Positions 21,345 to 31,352 are shown, counted from the stretch's first letter. The stretch: 49,568 nt of DNA from Bacteroidota bacterium (GCA_031361545.1 JANLRG010000361.1:1-49568); one strand, 5' to 3'. The notes: a model not told the origin generated them from the sequence alone. A program made the numbers and translations.

Positions 21345-23009
21345 TTAGTAAACTATCAATTTTGTGTATAGTACTTTTGTGTCTGTACTTTGTTTCAAAA
21401 TATACGTTCCAACTGACAATTGTGACAAATCAAATATCAAAGTCTCGCCTTGAAATGATTTTCTGCTTTCTATTATTCTTCCTGTAATATCAGCCAATTC
21501 AAATTTGCTTGATGGGAAATTGCCTTCAATAAATAATTTATCATGCGCAGGATTGGGATACACCGCTGTGTTATTTGTCCTCAAATTATTAACTTCATTA
21601 AATACCTGATCATTTACAAAAATCGGAATGTTAGCATTGTAATTTCCTACTCCACCAGTTTGACTTAAATGAAAACTTAGAAATGCCCTCACACTATCCA
21701 TCGTCGCTGAAGTATATCTGATTACTATGTTTTGAGCTTCGCCTGCATTAATTAATGTATTGCTTCCGCCGGAGATAATAGAAAGTTCTAATGGATGTGT
21801 CACCTGAATATTTGAAATGTCGATGGCTGTTGTTCCATTATTCACTACAACATAATTAAAATCAACACTAGTAGTTGTTGGAATAAAACCATAAACGATT
21901 GTATCTTGAGTAATATCATAGCTGAATAATTCAGGAGCTACTGATAGTTGGTTGAAGGAATTTATTCTTTCAATGAACTGCGGATAATCTACAAACGGAT
22001 TTCTATTGTGTTGCACAAGTTGAATATCGTCAACTCTTTTTTTCTCAATAGCATTCGGTGGAAAATTTAAATACCAAGTTCTTAAAACTGCTTCATGAGC
22101 TGGATCAATGAAATTATTGTAGTTCTGATATCGCAACATAAAATAAAAAAGCGCTCTGGCTGCTCTTCCCTTTTGTTCATCGCGCGGTTCAAAATGTGTT
22201 CCATCTGATTTAGATCCGCCCACACTCCATGTTGGGCTAGTAACAACTGCAAATGGATTATCTGCTCTCTCGTTATTGGCAGTATTATCGGTGGGATATA
22301 AATGATGTAAATCCGATTTCATCGGTTCAAGACTTGTAAAAAATGATTGCGGAAAAGTATGTTCCGTATTGAATGAAAAATTAGTTTGTGCATCTGTTCT
22401 ACTTGTATAACCTATTGCTTGTCGCCCTGTGTAAATACATTCTAAGGTATTTTGAGCAGCACCTTGTCCATTCGTTCTCATATTATCAATCGTCATAAAC
22501 ATATTGTCGCGTGCTATGTTGTAGCCCAATGAAACATATCCAACTCCTGTCAAATCATGGATTGCCGTCTTCAAAATTTCTTCTGCTCTGTTCTCTGTTG
22601 AATCGTAATATGAATTTGAATACCTTCCCTGTCCAATCAAATCAACACTTACATATCCGCGTAAACCATCATTGGTAATAACCATTTCTGAATTGTGAAA
22701 AATATTATGTCGGGGAGAAAATTTTACCCAAAGATCTTGAGATGACATTGCCGGAATTAAAAAGTAACTATACGTCACAGAAAAAGCAGGAGTACCATAA
22801 GTGTTGTAAAATTTTATTCCAGTAACATTGATGTCCTTCGTAGTTGGATTATTTATTGTCAGGATTAAACTGTCAGCTGCATTTTCATAGGCAATTCCAA
22901 AATTTAATTGAGGAGTATTAACTGTTAGTCCTTGCGCTATCAGTAATGCTGGAAAACAAAATAAGGTTGCCAGTAGCAACCTTATTCCAAATTTATTGAA
23001 TTGATTCAT
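21345..23009 (-). CDS. Secreted endonuclease I-family nuclease with Ig-like domains and T9SS CTD
   Basis: NTEHTFPQS, SDLHHLYP, FEPRDEQKGRAARALFYF, NRNPFVDYP; C-terminal VYPNPA...GTYIL..KLIV. Confidence 0.85.
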   Translation of the reverse strand: MNQFNKFGIRLLLATLFCFPALLIAQGLTVNTPQLNFGIAYENAADSLILTINNPTTKDINVTGIKFYNTYGTPAFSVTYSYFLIPAMSSQDLWVKFSPRHNIFHNSEMVITNDGLRGYVSVDLIGQGRYSNSYYDSTENRAEEILKTAIHDLTGVGYVSLGYNIARDNMFMTIDNMRTNGQGAAQNTLECIYTGRQAIGYTSRTDAQTNFSFNTEHTFPQSFFTSLEPMKSDLHHLYPTDNTANNERADNPFAVVTSPTWSVGGSKSDGTHFEPRDEQKGRAARALFYFMLRYQNYNNFIDPAHEAVLRTWYLNFPPNAIEKKRVDDIQLVQHNRNPFVDYPQFIERINSFNQLSVAPELFSYDITQDTIVYGFIPTTTSVDFNYVVVNNGTTAIDISNIQVTHPLELSIISGGSNTLINAGEAQNIVIRYTSATMDSVRAFLSFHLSQTGGVGNYNANIPIFVNDQVFNEVNNLRTNNTAVYPNPAHDKLFIEGNFPSSKFELADITGRIIESRKSFQGETLIFDLSQLSVGTYILKQSTDTKVLYTKLIVY

Positions 23010-23028
23010 TGATTCTATTTAAGAAATA

Positions 23029-23466
23029 TTATTCTTCAGTAACTACAATTTTATTTATCTCATCACCTTCGCGAATGGCATCGATCACTTCTAGACCTTC
23101 AACTACTTTTCCAAAGCAAGTATGAACTTTATCAAGATGAGCTGTATTTGCACGGCTATGACAAACGAAAAACTGTGATCCCCCAGTATCGCGTCCGGCA
23201 TGTGCCATACTCAATACTCCACGATCGTGATATTGATTTCCTCCGCTTAATTCACACTTGATTTTGTAACCCGGCCCACCACTACCTGTTCCATTAGGAC
23301 ATCCGCCTTGAATAACAAAATTCGGAATCACTCGATGAAATGTTAGTCCATCATAAAAACCTTTTTCTGCAAGATCACAGAAATTCTTTACTGTATTTGG
23401 AGCGTCTTTTTCATAAAACTCCACTATCATAATACCTTTCTCGGTATGGATTGTTGCTTTTTTCAT
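23029..23466 (-). CDS. Cyclophilin-type peptidyl-prolyl cis-trans isomerase
   Basis: [35 protein letters not shown]; TAACTTTG -7 box at about 23560. Confidence 0.95.
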   Translation of the reverse strand: MKKATIHTEKGIMIVEFYEKDAPNTVKNFCDLAEKGFYDGLTFHRVIPNFVIQGGCPNGTGSGGPGYKIKCELSGGNQYHDRGVLSMAHAGRDTGGSQFFVCHSRANTAHLDKVHTCFGKVVEGLEVIDAIREGDEINKIVVTEE

Positions 23467-23650
23467 TAATCGATTACTTATGTTTTATTGATATAATTAT
23501 TATTTTCCTTTGTTTAGTGAAACAATTGTTCGTACAGCTACTTCAAATTTTGCAGGAGTCAAAGTTAACATAAATGAATCAATCTCGACGAATGATTTCA
23601 ACTTAGACAGTGTCATTTGAATAAATACGAAACGAGTGCTTCTGTGAAAT

Positions 23651-24730
23651 TTACTTCTTCGTATAATCCTGCCAAGTTTTTGTTTTGTAGATATCATCGC
23701 CATAGAAATGGGAGATCTGATTGAGGAATCCGGCATTGATGTATCCGGGAATTGCATCAACTACTTCATTGTTTTCATTCATAATTACCAAAGTTGGAAA
23801 CGTAAGACTTCCATGACAAAGTGTAAATGCAAGTGAATGATATGGAATTTGCGGAGTAGCCGGATTTGATAAAGTTTGTTTATTAAAAAACAATGTGTCT
23901 TTAATGTTTGGATCAAAATCTACTAGGTCGAATTTTTGAGTGATGTATTCAAAATTAATTGTATCGGTGAATGAGGCTCTGCGTTCAACTTTGCATGAAT
24001 TGCACCAATCATTATTTCCAAAAAATATTATTTTCTTTTTGCCAAGTTTCATGTCGGAAGTAAAAACTTCTTTCGGAGTCAACCATTTCAAAAGTTTTGC
24101 TTTGGCACTATTAGAACTATCATAGAATGCTTTTTGATAACCATTATTAAAATCATCATACGAAGAATTCCGAAACGCATTCTCCAACGTGAAAATAAGT
24201 ATTGGTTCTATTTTAGTGGTTTCTAAATATCCAGCGGCCAACATACTCAACTTGTATTCGTTTTTTGCCTGATCAAATCCGTTTAGGAAAAGAGTAGTCG
24301 GATACATCAATTTATTTTGCAAAAGTTTTACAGCTAGCGGATGAGGCGTTCTTGCAGCTGCTGATGTTGGAAAATATTTTTTTCCCAAATACTCAACAGT
24401 ATCTTTACCCTCTGCATCAAACTTCACTGGATAAAAATAAGTGTTGATATAAGAAGCTAGATTAGGATCTGAATAAGTTGTCTTAATCATGTGCTTACAC
24501 CATCCACACCAGTCTGTATAAAAATCCATTATGATTGGACGGGGCGCTGTCTTTTGTTTTTCAGCAGCCTCTTCGTACGTCATCCATTTTACTAAACCTT
24601 CTTCCGCAGCTCCTTGTTGAGCTGTTTGAATGGTGGAAGGGTGTTGTACTGGTGCAAGCTGGGCCGCAACCGAATGAACTATGATTGAAAATCCAATCAA
24701 TAAATAGTTTTTAATTTGTTTTCGTTTCAT
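23651..24730 (-). CDS. Exported tandem thioredoxin-fold (DUF255-like) protein
   Basis: Signal peptide from MKRKQ (ATG 24730 preferred over GTG 24766); two domains with WCGWCK and WCNSCK, plus YPT/FPT cis-Pro loops. Confidence 0.8.
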   Translation of the reverse strand: MKRKQIKNYLLIGFSIIVHSVAAQLAPVQHPSTIQTAQQGAAEEGLVKWMTYEEAAEKQKTAPRPIIMDFYTDWCGWCKHMIKTTYSDPNLASYINTYFYPVKFDAEGKDTVEYLGKKYFPTSAAARTPHPLAVKLLQNKLMYPTTLFLNGFDQAKNEYKLSMLAAGYLETTKIEPILIFTLENAFRNSSYDDFNNGYQKAFYDSSNSAKAKLLKWLTPKEVFTSDMKLGKKKIIFFGNNDWCNSCKVERRASFTDTINFEYITQKFDLVDFDPNIKDTLFFNKQTLSNPATPQIPYHSLAFTLCHGSLTFPTLVIMNENNEVVDAIPGYINAGFLNQISHFYGDDIYKTKTWQDYTKK

Positions 24731-25057
24731 CGATGCAAAAATAAACATTATGCTGGCAATTTTCACCTATTTGAACGTTGTAAATCAATTTTCTCATCCA
24801 ATCCTAATTCAACGTTTGTCAATTGGCCGTAATTACAAATTGAGGTTGGCGAAAAAAGGCTTTCTTTGGTTTTGGCCTAAAAATCAAACCCAAGTTTGTG
24901 TTGAATTATCACTTATCGTTTGAAATGCCCTATTCCATCTTTTTACTATTCCATTTTCCCTTATGAAGTTTTAAGTTCACGTTAAAGTTAACGCCGTTGG
25001 CCAATTAAAAATGACTTGCCCCTGAGTAACGAGTAATTTCCCTCCATCAAGATTCAA

Positions 25058-25153
25058 ATGTTAACAGCACTTCTCTGTATTCTTCTTCCAGGAACTTTTG
25101 CTCAAACAACTTTTGAGAAAAGATTTAATGGTAAAACTGATAAATGTTATTAG
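25058..25153 (+). pseudogene. Possible N-terminal relic of a secreted protein (31 aa)
   Basis: MLTALLCILLPGTFA-QTTFEKRFNGKTDKCY*: signal-peptide-like core plus AQ.TF.K start, resembling AQTNFVKIF of the 37140 protein. Confidence 0.3.
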
Positions 25154-25291
25154 GAAAATTTCAAAAGAAAAAATTTATCAGTAGGAATTTAATCTACTAT
25201 TCTATCGAGTAATATTATTTCAAAAAAAATGTTTCAAATTTATTATTGAATAACATTTAATAAAAATATTTCGCAATGTATCATCGAAGTT

Positions 25292-25324
25292 AAAAGGCTT
25301 CACCCAGATAGGGTGAAGCCTTTT
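25292..25324. terminator. Rho-independent terminator (symmetric)
   Basis: aaaaggcttcaccc-agata-gggtgaagcctttt, 16 nt past the peptidase stop. Confidence 0.85.
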
Positions 25325-25340
25325 GACTTTTTACTATAAT

Positions 25341-26189
25341 TTAAATATCAATATTGGCAGAAAAAGTATCTCCATTGGAGATGTCTCCCATTTTATATCC
25401 TTTATCAAACCACTCTTGTCGTTGCTTTGATGTTCCGTGAGTAAAAGCATCGGGGACAATATAACCTTGACTTTGCTTTTGAATGTTATCATCGCCAACA
25501 GCACTAGCTGCATTCATGGCTTCTTCAATATCTCCTTCTTCAACAATATGATTTTTCTTATCAGCATAATGCGCCCAAACTCCGGCAAAATAATCAGCTT
25601 GTAATTCTAATCTCACAGAATATTTATTGTAAGCGCTTTCAGTTAAATCCTCTCTTAGCTTTTGCATTTTTTCGGATGTACCTAATAAATTTTGCACATG
25701 ATGCCCCACTTCGTGTGCGATAACATAGGCCATTGCAAAATCACCTGAAGTGTGAAAACGATTTTTAAGTTCTTCATAAAAAGATAGATCGATATATAAT
25801 TTCCGATCGGCTGGACAATAGAATGGGCCTGAAGATGCTCCGGCTGTTCCGCAACCCGACTGTACTTGATTGCGAAATAAAACCAAATGTGGTTCCTGAT
25901 ATTGCAATCCGTTCTCTTGAAAAATTGTTTTCCATGTGCTTTCTGTTTCAGCTAATACAACCGAAATAAATTGAGCCATCGTGTCTTCTGCTTGTTGCTC
26001 TTGTGCAGAAAGCTCTTTACCCGATTGCATCGAATTCATGTCGGGTAATTTTGAAGGATCTCCTCCTAAAAATGAATAAATTAAATAGATGACCAAGCCA
26101 ACGACTCCGCCACCTTTGAGAACTCCACCAGTAGAAAGTCCTCTCCGATCTTCTACATTGTCGCTACTATTTCTTCCTCTCCAAAGCAT
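25341..26189 (-). CDS. Neutral zinc metallopeptidase (YpfJ/KPN_02809 family)
   Basis: W.GR..SDNVEDRR, GPFYCPAD, AHEVGHHVQ, ELQADYFAG, FTHGTS. Confidence 0.9.
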   Translation of the reverse strand: MLWRGRNSSDNVEDRRGLSTGGVLKGGGVVGLVIYLIYSFLGGDPSKLPDMNSMQSGKELSAQEQQAEDTMAQFISVVLAETESTWKTIFQENGLQYQEPHLVLFRNQVQSGCGTAGASSGPFYCPADRKLYIDLSFYEELKNRFHTSGDFAMAYVIAHEVGHHVQNLLGTSEKMQKLREDLTESAYNKYSVRLELQADYFAGVWAHYADKKNHIVEEGDIEEAMNAASAVGDDNIQKQSQGYIVPDAFTHGTSKQRQEWFDKGYKMGDISNGDTFSANIDI

Positions 26190-26301
26190 AGTTTATATTT
26201 TCATGTGAAGGTAAATAAAAGTTTCTTAAAAATATTTTAGGAGCGAACAATAAAAAATAAACTATAGAGCTGAATGACTAAAAAAGCAACTTAAGCCTTT
26301 C

Positions 26302-26796
26302 TTAATCTTCCTCTTCTTTAAGAAATGCCAACTGACCTAGATGATAGGATAAATGATTTGTTCTATTTAACAATACATTCAATTTATTTCTATTGGGTTC
26401 TTTCCTAAAATCCTCTTCAGAAATTGAATTGTGTTTTTGAAACCATTCATCTGTAGTCATAGAATTGAAATGTTTTTCCAAGGCCCCGTGAACCTCGTCC
26501 CAATGATGTATTAGAAGTTTAATTGCTGGCTTTTCAAGATTCGATTTGTCAGAGTTTTTGATAAATATATTTTCAAGTTCTGGATGCAACGTATGACCTA
26601 AATTGAAAAGTGGATGGAGATCATCATGAACAGCGACCAGATGCCCTAACAGATAAACACCTGTGTTTCTTCCAGGTGCAACCTCCTTTATTAACTGATC
26701 AAATGTCAACTGTCTAAATAATTTAGCACCTTTACTAACCTGCGTGTGCCAAGAGTCCAGTGCCATTTTTACCATTAAATCTTGATGTGGGTTCAT
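26302..26796 (-). CDS. DinB-family protein (start 26796 preferred over TTG 26823)
   Basis: APGRNTGVYLLGHL.AVHD, RTNHLSYHLGQL. Confidence 0.8.
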   Translation of the reverse strand: MNPHQDLMVKMALDSWHTQVSKGAKLFRQLTFDQLIKEVAPGRNTGVYLLGHLVAVHDDLHPLFNLGHTLHPELENIFIKNSDKSNLEKPAIKLLIHHWDEVHGALEKHFNSMTTDEWFQKHNSISEEDFRKEPNRNKLNVLLNRTNHLSYHLGQLAFLKEEED

Positions 26797-27028
26797 CTGT
26801 TGAAGAGTTATAGATGAAAGCAATTTATTAAAAATGCTTCATGTAAAAAATTATTATTAAACAATTTTAAAAATACTTGAGTCTTTATAATCTCTCTTAC
26901 AAATCAATTTAGTCAGTATGATTGGAGGAAACAGTTGAGTAAAACTTATCTACTTATTAAATAAGTTTTATCGACTGTTCTACCATTTCAACTTTTGTTC
27001 GAAAAAATTAGTTTTATAAGATGCTTTC

Positions 27029-27925
27029 TTAAATCCCATGCCACATTTCGACCATTTGTGTGTTCACTTCTGAATGAATGCTTAAAACAGGAATAGATGA
27101 GTGATTAATAACTTGCTGAGCAAAAGAGCCTGTAAAATATTCAGTAATGTCTTGTTTGATGATATCACCAATCGACAAAATCAAATCTGCTTTTATTTTT
27201 TGGGCATATCTTAAAATAGTTTCTGCGTCATAAGGTGCTGAAACAACTTTAACATCACATTCGATATTATGTCTTTCTACTATTTCACTAATTTGATCAG
27301 CCTCTTGATAAACTTTATTCCGATGGCTAGATGTTTTGTCTGTATCAACTCCATACACATAAATTTTAGACCCGTAAATCTCCGCCATTTTTATTGCATA
27401 AATTACTTTATCGCGTGAATGTGGGCGATCACAAAATGGAACAAGAATGTTTTTAAATCCAGTAGGATTACTTTTTCTTCGAACCGAAAGAACAGGACAT
27501 TCTGCATCACTTACGATTCTAAATGTATTACTTCCCATCACAAACTCTTTAACCCCAGAAACGCCGTGTGTACCCATTACAATAAGATCGGGCTTGGTAG
27601 TTTTGACAACTTTCAAAATTTGTTTGTGTGTTCGACCATTCACCACAACGGTAACTATTTTATCAATGCCTTTCTTTTTAATTTTTAATGCGAGCTTATC
27701 TAAATTTTCTTTACTTGCTTTTGTTAATTTATTCTCAAAATTTACAATGCTAGGACTTGATACAAAGAATGGGTCGTTATTCACATATTGGTTTTCTACA
27801 ACATGCATCAATACTAACTCAGCATTACTTAGTTTTGATAATGTGATTGCATGATCAAGTGCCTTTAAGGAGGTAAATGAAAAATCAAGCGGAACGAGGA
27901 TTTTTTTTATTTTAAATTTTGCCAT
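27029..27925 (-). CDS. Universal stress protein, two USP domains (copy 1)
   Basis: KKILVPLDFS, DLIVMGTHGVSG..EFVMGSNT, CPVLSV; second USP domain follows. Confidence 0.9.
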   Translation of the reverse strand: MAKFKIKKILVPLDFSFTSLKALDHAITLSKLSNAELVLMHVVENQYVNNDPFFVSSPSIVNFENKLTKASKENLDKLALKIKKKGIDKIVTVVVNGRTHKQILKVVKTTKPDLIVMGTHGVSGVKEFVMGSNTFRIVSDAECPVLSVRRKSNPTGFKNILVPFCDRPHSRDKVIYAIKMAEIYGSKIYVYGVDTDKTSSHRNKVYQEADQISEIVERHNIECDVKVVSAPYDAETILRYAQKIKADLILSIGDIIKQDITEYFTGSFAQQVINHSSIPVLSIHSEVNTQMVEMWHGI

Positions 27926-28328
27926 GATAATATGTAATTAAAAAAGTGAAACTAAAATTCTTATAGTTTAATCGACCTCCATTTAATTTGCTTTTATAAA
28001 ATACAAACAATTCTTTTTTTGAAAAAGTAAAATTCGGAACATCGAACACATCAAAGAGCTAAGCCCTATGTGAATTTAATAAAAAATTGATTCCGTTTCA
28101 TAATATTCTTTTCACACTTTCTCGGTCTTATCCTATAATTTTCAGGTTTCGTACAATTTTAATTATAATTCTTTTTATTTTTTCTTTAGTTGCCTTCTCA
28201 AGCTAATTTCTCCTCGGCATTTCTTTGCGCTTAAAATGTCATACATATTTATAAAAGTTATCATGTTACTTGATGTCGTTATGGTCATATTTTAATGTAT
28301 CATGTAAAATTAATGGTGAACAGTCTTC

Positions 28329-28372
28329 AAAAAAAAGCCCCCTAAGAAAAACTTTCATAGGGGGCTTTTTTT
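28329..28372 (-). terminator. Rho-independent terminator after USP copy 2
   Basis: aaaaaagcccccta...tagggggctttttt. Confidence 0.85.
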
Positions 28373-29267
28373 AAATTCCTTGCCAAAGTTCAATCATCTT
28401 TGGATTAACTTGTGAGTGCACACTCAAAATTGGAATAGTTGAGTGATTGATTAGTTGTTGAGAAAATGAGCCGGTAAAATATTCTGTGATGTCATGCTTT
28501 ACGATATCGCCCATTGCAAAAATCAAGTCTGCATTAATTTTATTAGCATACCCTAAAACCGTTTTTGCATCATAAGCTTCTGAGACAACTTCTATTTCAC
28601 AAGCCAAACTATGTCTCTCAACAATGCCTTTAATTTGGTTGGCTTCCAACATTATTTTCTTTTTATGTGCAGTCGTTTTCTCTTCGTCAATTCCCAACAC
28701 ATAAATTTTAGATTGAAATAGTTCAGCCATTTGAATCGCATGCATTACTTTTTCGCGAGAATGTGGTCGGTCACAGAACGGAACTAAAATGTTTTTAAAT
28801 CCTTTCGCATTACTTTTTCTCTGAACCGAAAGGACAGGACATAGCGCATCGCTTACGACTCTGAAAGTGTTGCTGCCCATTACAAACTCACGGAAGCCGC
28901 TCACACCATGTGTTCCCATAATCACAATATCCACTTTATATTTATTACTCATTTTGATAATCTCACTATGTGTCCTTCCAATGACTGAAAGTACTTTGAC
29001 GTTCTCAATTCCTTTCTTGGTAATTTTCGCTGCGAGCTTGTTTAAACTTTCATAACTAATTTTGGTTAGTTTTTTTTCGAAGTTTACGATACCAACGTTC
29101 GCAGAAAAAAATGGATCTGCTGAAGCATATTGATTCTCCATAACATGAAGTAGAATGATTTCTGCCTTCGTAACCTTAGAAATCGCCACAGCATGATCTA
29201 ATGCCTTTAATGACGTGTAAGAAAAATCAATCGGGATTAAAATTTTCTTTAATTTAAGTGCTGTCAT
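28371..29267 (-). CDS. Universal stress protein, two USP domains (copy 2)
   Basis: Same motifs and same 298-aa length as copy 1. Confidence 0.9.
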   Translation of the reverse strand: MTALKLKKILIPIDFSYTSLKALDHAVAISKVTKAEIILLHVMENQYASADPFFSANVGIVNFEKKLTKISYESLNKLAAKITKKGIENVKVLSVIGRTHSEIIKMSNKYKVDIVIMGTHGVSGFREFVMGSNTFRVVSDALCPVLSVQRKSNAKGFKNILVPFCDRPHSREKVMHAIQMAELFQSKIYVLGIDEEKTTAHKKKIMLEANQIKGIVERHSLACEIEVVSEAYDAKTVLGYANKINADLIFAMGDIVKHDITEYFTGSFSQQLINHSTIPILSVHSQVNPKMIELWQGI

Positions 29268-29400
29268 AATTGTATATTTAAAATCATTTTTACTTTATCC
29301 ACTAAATTTAGTAAATAGTTTTATCACTTCATATTATTTCTTCGTGTTTTGATAAATTCCTTTTAAAGCAGTGAGCATCCCTGATTAGTTGGAACCAATT

Positions 29401-29418
29401 TTATGATACTTATCATAA
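29401..29418. promoter_or_regulatory. Palindromic operator candidate, Crp/Fnr-like TGAT-N4-ATCA
   Basis: ttatgata-ct-tatcataa, perfect 8-bp arms, about 135 nt upstream of USP copy 2. Confidence 0.5.
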
Positions 29419-29555
29419 TTTTGAATTGCAACTTTGAATCTATGCTTTTCAAAGGGAGTAAAAAACATGTTCGCCCATTTATTTGCAATGACATTATCTA
29501 TCTTTGAAAATATAACAATCCCATGTCAATGCTTTTTGATGCAGTTTCCCATCCC

Positions 29556-29587
29556 AAAAAAAGCACCTCCAATAAATTGAAGGTGCT
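29556..29587 (-). terminator. Orphan Rho-independent terminator
   Basis: Minus strand agcaccttcaat-tt-attggaggtgc-ttttttt; the nearest upstream stop codon is about 560 nt away. Confidence 0.75.
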
Positions 29588-29780
29588 CCAAAATTAAAAA
29601 CCTTTCACACAATTTCACTTGACTAATTTAAGCGATGACCAAGGTTTTTAACCTCCCCTTTAATGAGTTCAGTAGCACGTTTGCTCTGAACCTTGGCTTC
29701 AATCACACATTCCCGGCCTTTTCACAATGACCGGATTCTCTATATCCAATGCTTCTCTGTTTGAAACTTATTACTTGCTC
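29556..29780 (-). ncRNA. Candidate structured ncRNA (5' end unknown)
   Basis: ORF-free, locally GC-richer stretch with nested stems (ccaagg/ccttgg enclosing ttcag-agca/tgct-ctgaa; ccgg/ccgg hairpin) ending in a terminator. Confidence 0.35.
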
Positions 29781-30145
29781 AAATACTTTGAAGCGTTTTA
29801 TCTGTTGGCTATACTTTTATAAATCTAAAGTATCACAATAACTTTGTTCTAATTCATTTTCCCAATTTCAGAAGGAAATTTCAAATGTCTTTTTCTTGAA
29901 TTTATATTATAGCACTAAGGAAAATACTTACTGCTTATCTAAGTTACGAAATAATATTAGTAGAAATGTTAAAATGTCTTTTTAATTATCAACAGTCCGA
30001 CTTGATAAAATTGTTTAAGATTGAGATATTCTCTTCCCATTTCGATTATTTTAGAATGAATAGTGAGCGATACTACTTCAGAAATTTTTAATGGATTTAA
30101 ATATATTAATGGCAAATCTTAAAATTGTATTGAAACAAAAAACAA

Positions 30146-31339
30146 TTATAGTGATGGGCTATTCCTCATATTAGAATTTATTTTTCCTATAAAAATAAAG
30201 TAGATAGTAACCAACAATGCCGCTATGCCTGTTATTACAAAAGCTGCACTCGATCCAAATTTAAACCATATCACTCCTGTCATCGCACTAGCAATCATCG
30301 AACAAATACTCTGAAATCCTGAATAAGTTCCAATTGCTGTTCCCACTTCTTTTTTATCGACGATGTTGCTAATCCATGCTTTAGAAATTCCCTCTGTAGC
30401 AGCTGCATAAATTCCGTAAGCAACAAATAAAATTAAGTAGCCATTCAAACTGAAAGCTGACGACATTCCTAAATATACGAAAGCAAAAATGAGTAGCCCA
30501 GATATAAAAATTGTTTTAAGCCCAATTTTATCTGCTAAAATTCCAATCGGGAAAGCAAATAGAGAATAGATCAAATTGTAAAAAATATAAACACCGACTA
30601 CTTGAACATCATTCAATCCTGCATCTTTTCCTTTCAATAATAAAAAAGCATCGGAACTATTAAACAAAGCAAAGACCAACAAGCCTATTGCCACTTTCCT
30701 ATACAGTTCAGGACTTTCTTTCCAATATTTAATGAATGAGAAAAATGAACTTGCTTTCTTTATTGGATGCTGACTTATTCTTTTTTCTTTTAAATAAAAT
30801 GTTGTTACTATTGCCAATATTCCTGGAATGAATGCAATAAAAAAAAGAGTCTTGTATTGCGCCGGATAAAAATAAAGAAAGACAAGCGCTCCCACTGGTC
30901 CCAACACTGCGCCAAATGTATCCATCGATCGATGAAAGCCAAAAACTTTTGCTTTAGTTTCTGGCGTTGCTTCATCCGATAGAATTGCATCTCTTGCGCC
31001 AGTTCTAATTCCTTTCCCAAAACGATCTATCGTTCTTGAAAAAAATATCCATAACGGATAAATAAAAATTGCCATCATCGGTTTAGAAATAGCGCTAAAG
31101 GCATATCCTATTCTTACAAATGGAACTCGCCTTCCCATTCGATCCGACATATTCCCAAAGTAGCCTTTACTCAATCCAGCTATAGCTTCTGCTACTCCTT
31201 CTAATATTCCTATTAGTACAATTGAAAAACCAATACTCTTTAGATAAATCGGCATGATTGGATACAGCATTTCACTCGCTGTATCTGTTAATAAACTTAC
31301 GATGGATAAAACCCAAACTGCTCGTGTAATGTATTTCAA
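30146..31339 (-). CDS. MFS transporter
   Basis: About 12 TM; SDRMGRR motif A, DRFGKGIRTGARDA, FGFHRSMDTFGAVLGP; TTG start. Confidence 0.9.
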   Translation of the reverse strand: MKYITRAVWVLSIVSLLTDTASEMLYPIMPIYLKSIGFSIVLIGILEGVAEAIAGLSKGYFGNMSDRMGRRVPFVRIGYAFSAISKPMMAIFIYPLWIFFSRTIDRFGKGIRTGARDAILSDEATPETKAKVFGFHRSMDTFGAVLGPVGALVFLYFYPAQYKTLFFIAFIPGILAIVTTFYLKEKRISQHPIKKASSFFSFIKYWKESPELYRKVAIGLLVFALFNSSDAFLLLKGKDAGLNDVQVVGVYIFYNLIYSLFAFPIGILADKIGLKTIFISGLLIFAFVYLGMSSAFSLNGYLILFVAYGIYAAATEGISKAWISNIVDKKEVGTAIGTYSGFQSICSMIASAMTGVIWFKFGSSAAFVITGIAALLVTIYFIFIGKINSNMRNSPSL

Positions 31340-31352
31340 AAATTAGTCTGTT

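Noticed and set aside
23500-23760. 86-aa ORF between the thioredoxin and PPIase
   Set aside because: Overlaps the thioredoxin 3' end and spans the PPIase -7 box; no motifs.
29639-29696. Hammerhead ribozyme or c-di-GMP riboswitch resemblance
   Set aside because: The required CUGANGA/GAAA core and GEMM consensus are not present on either strand.
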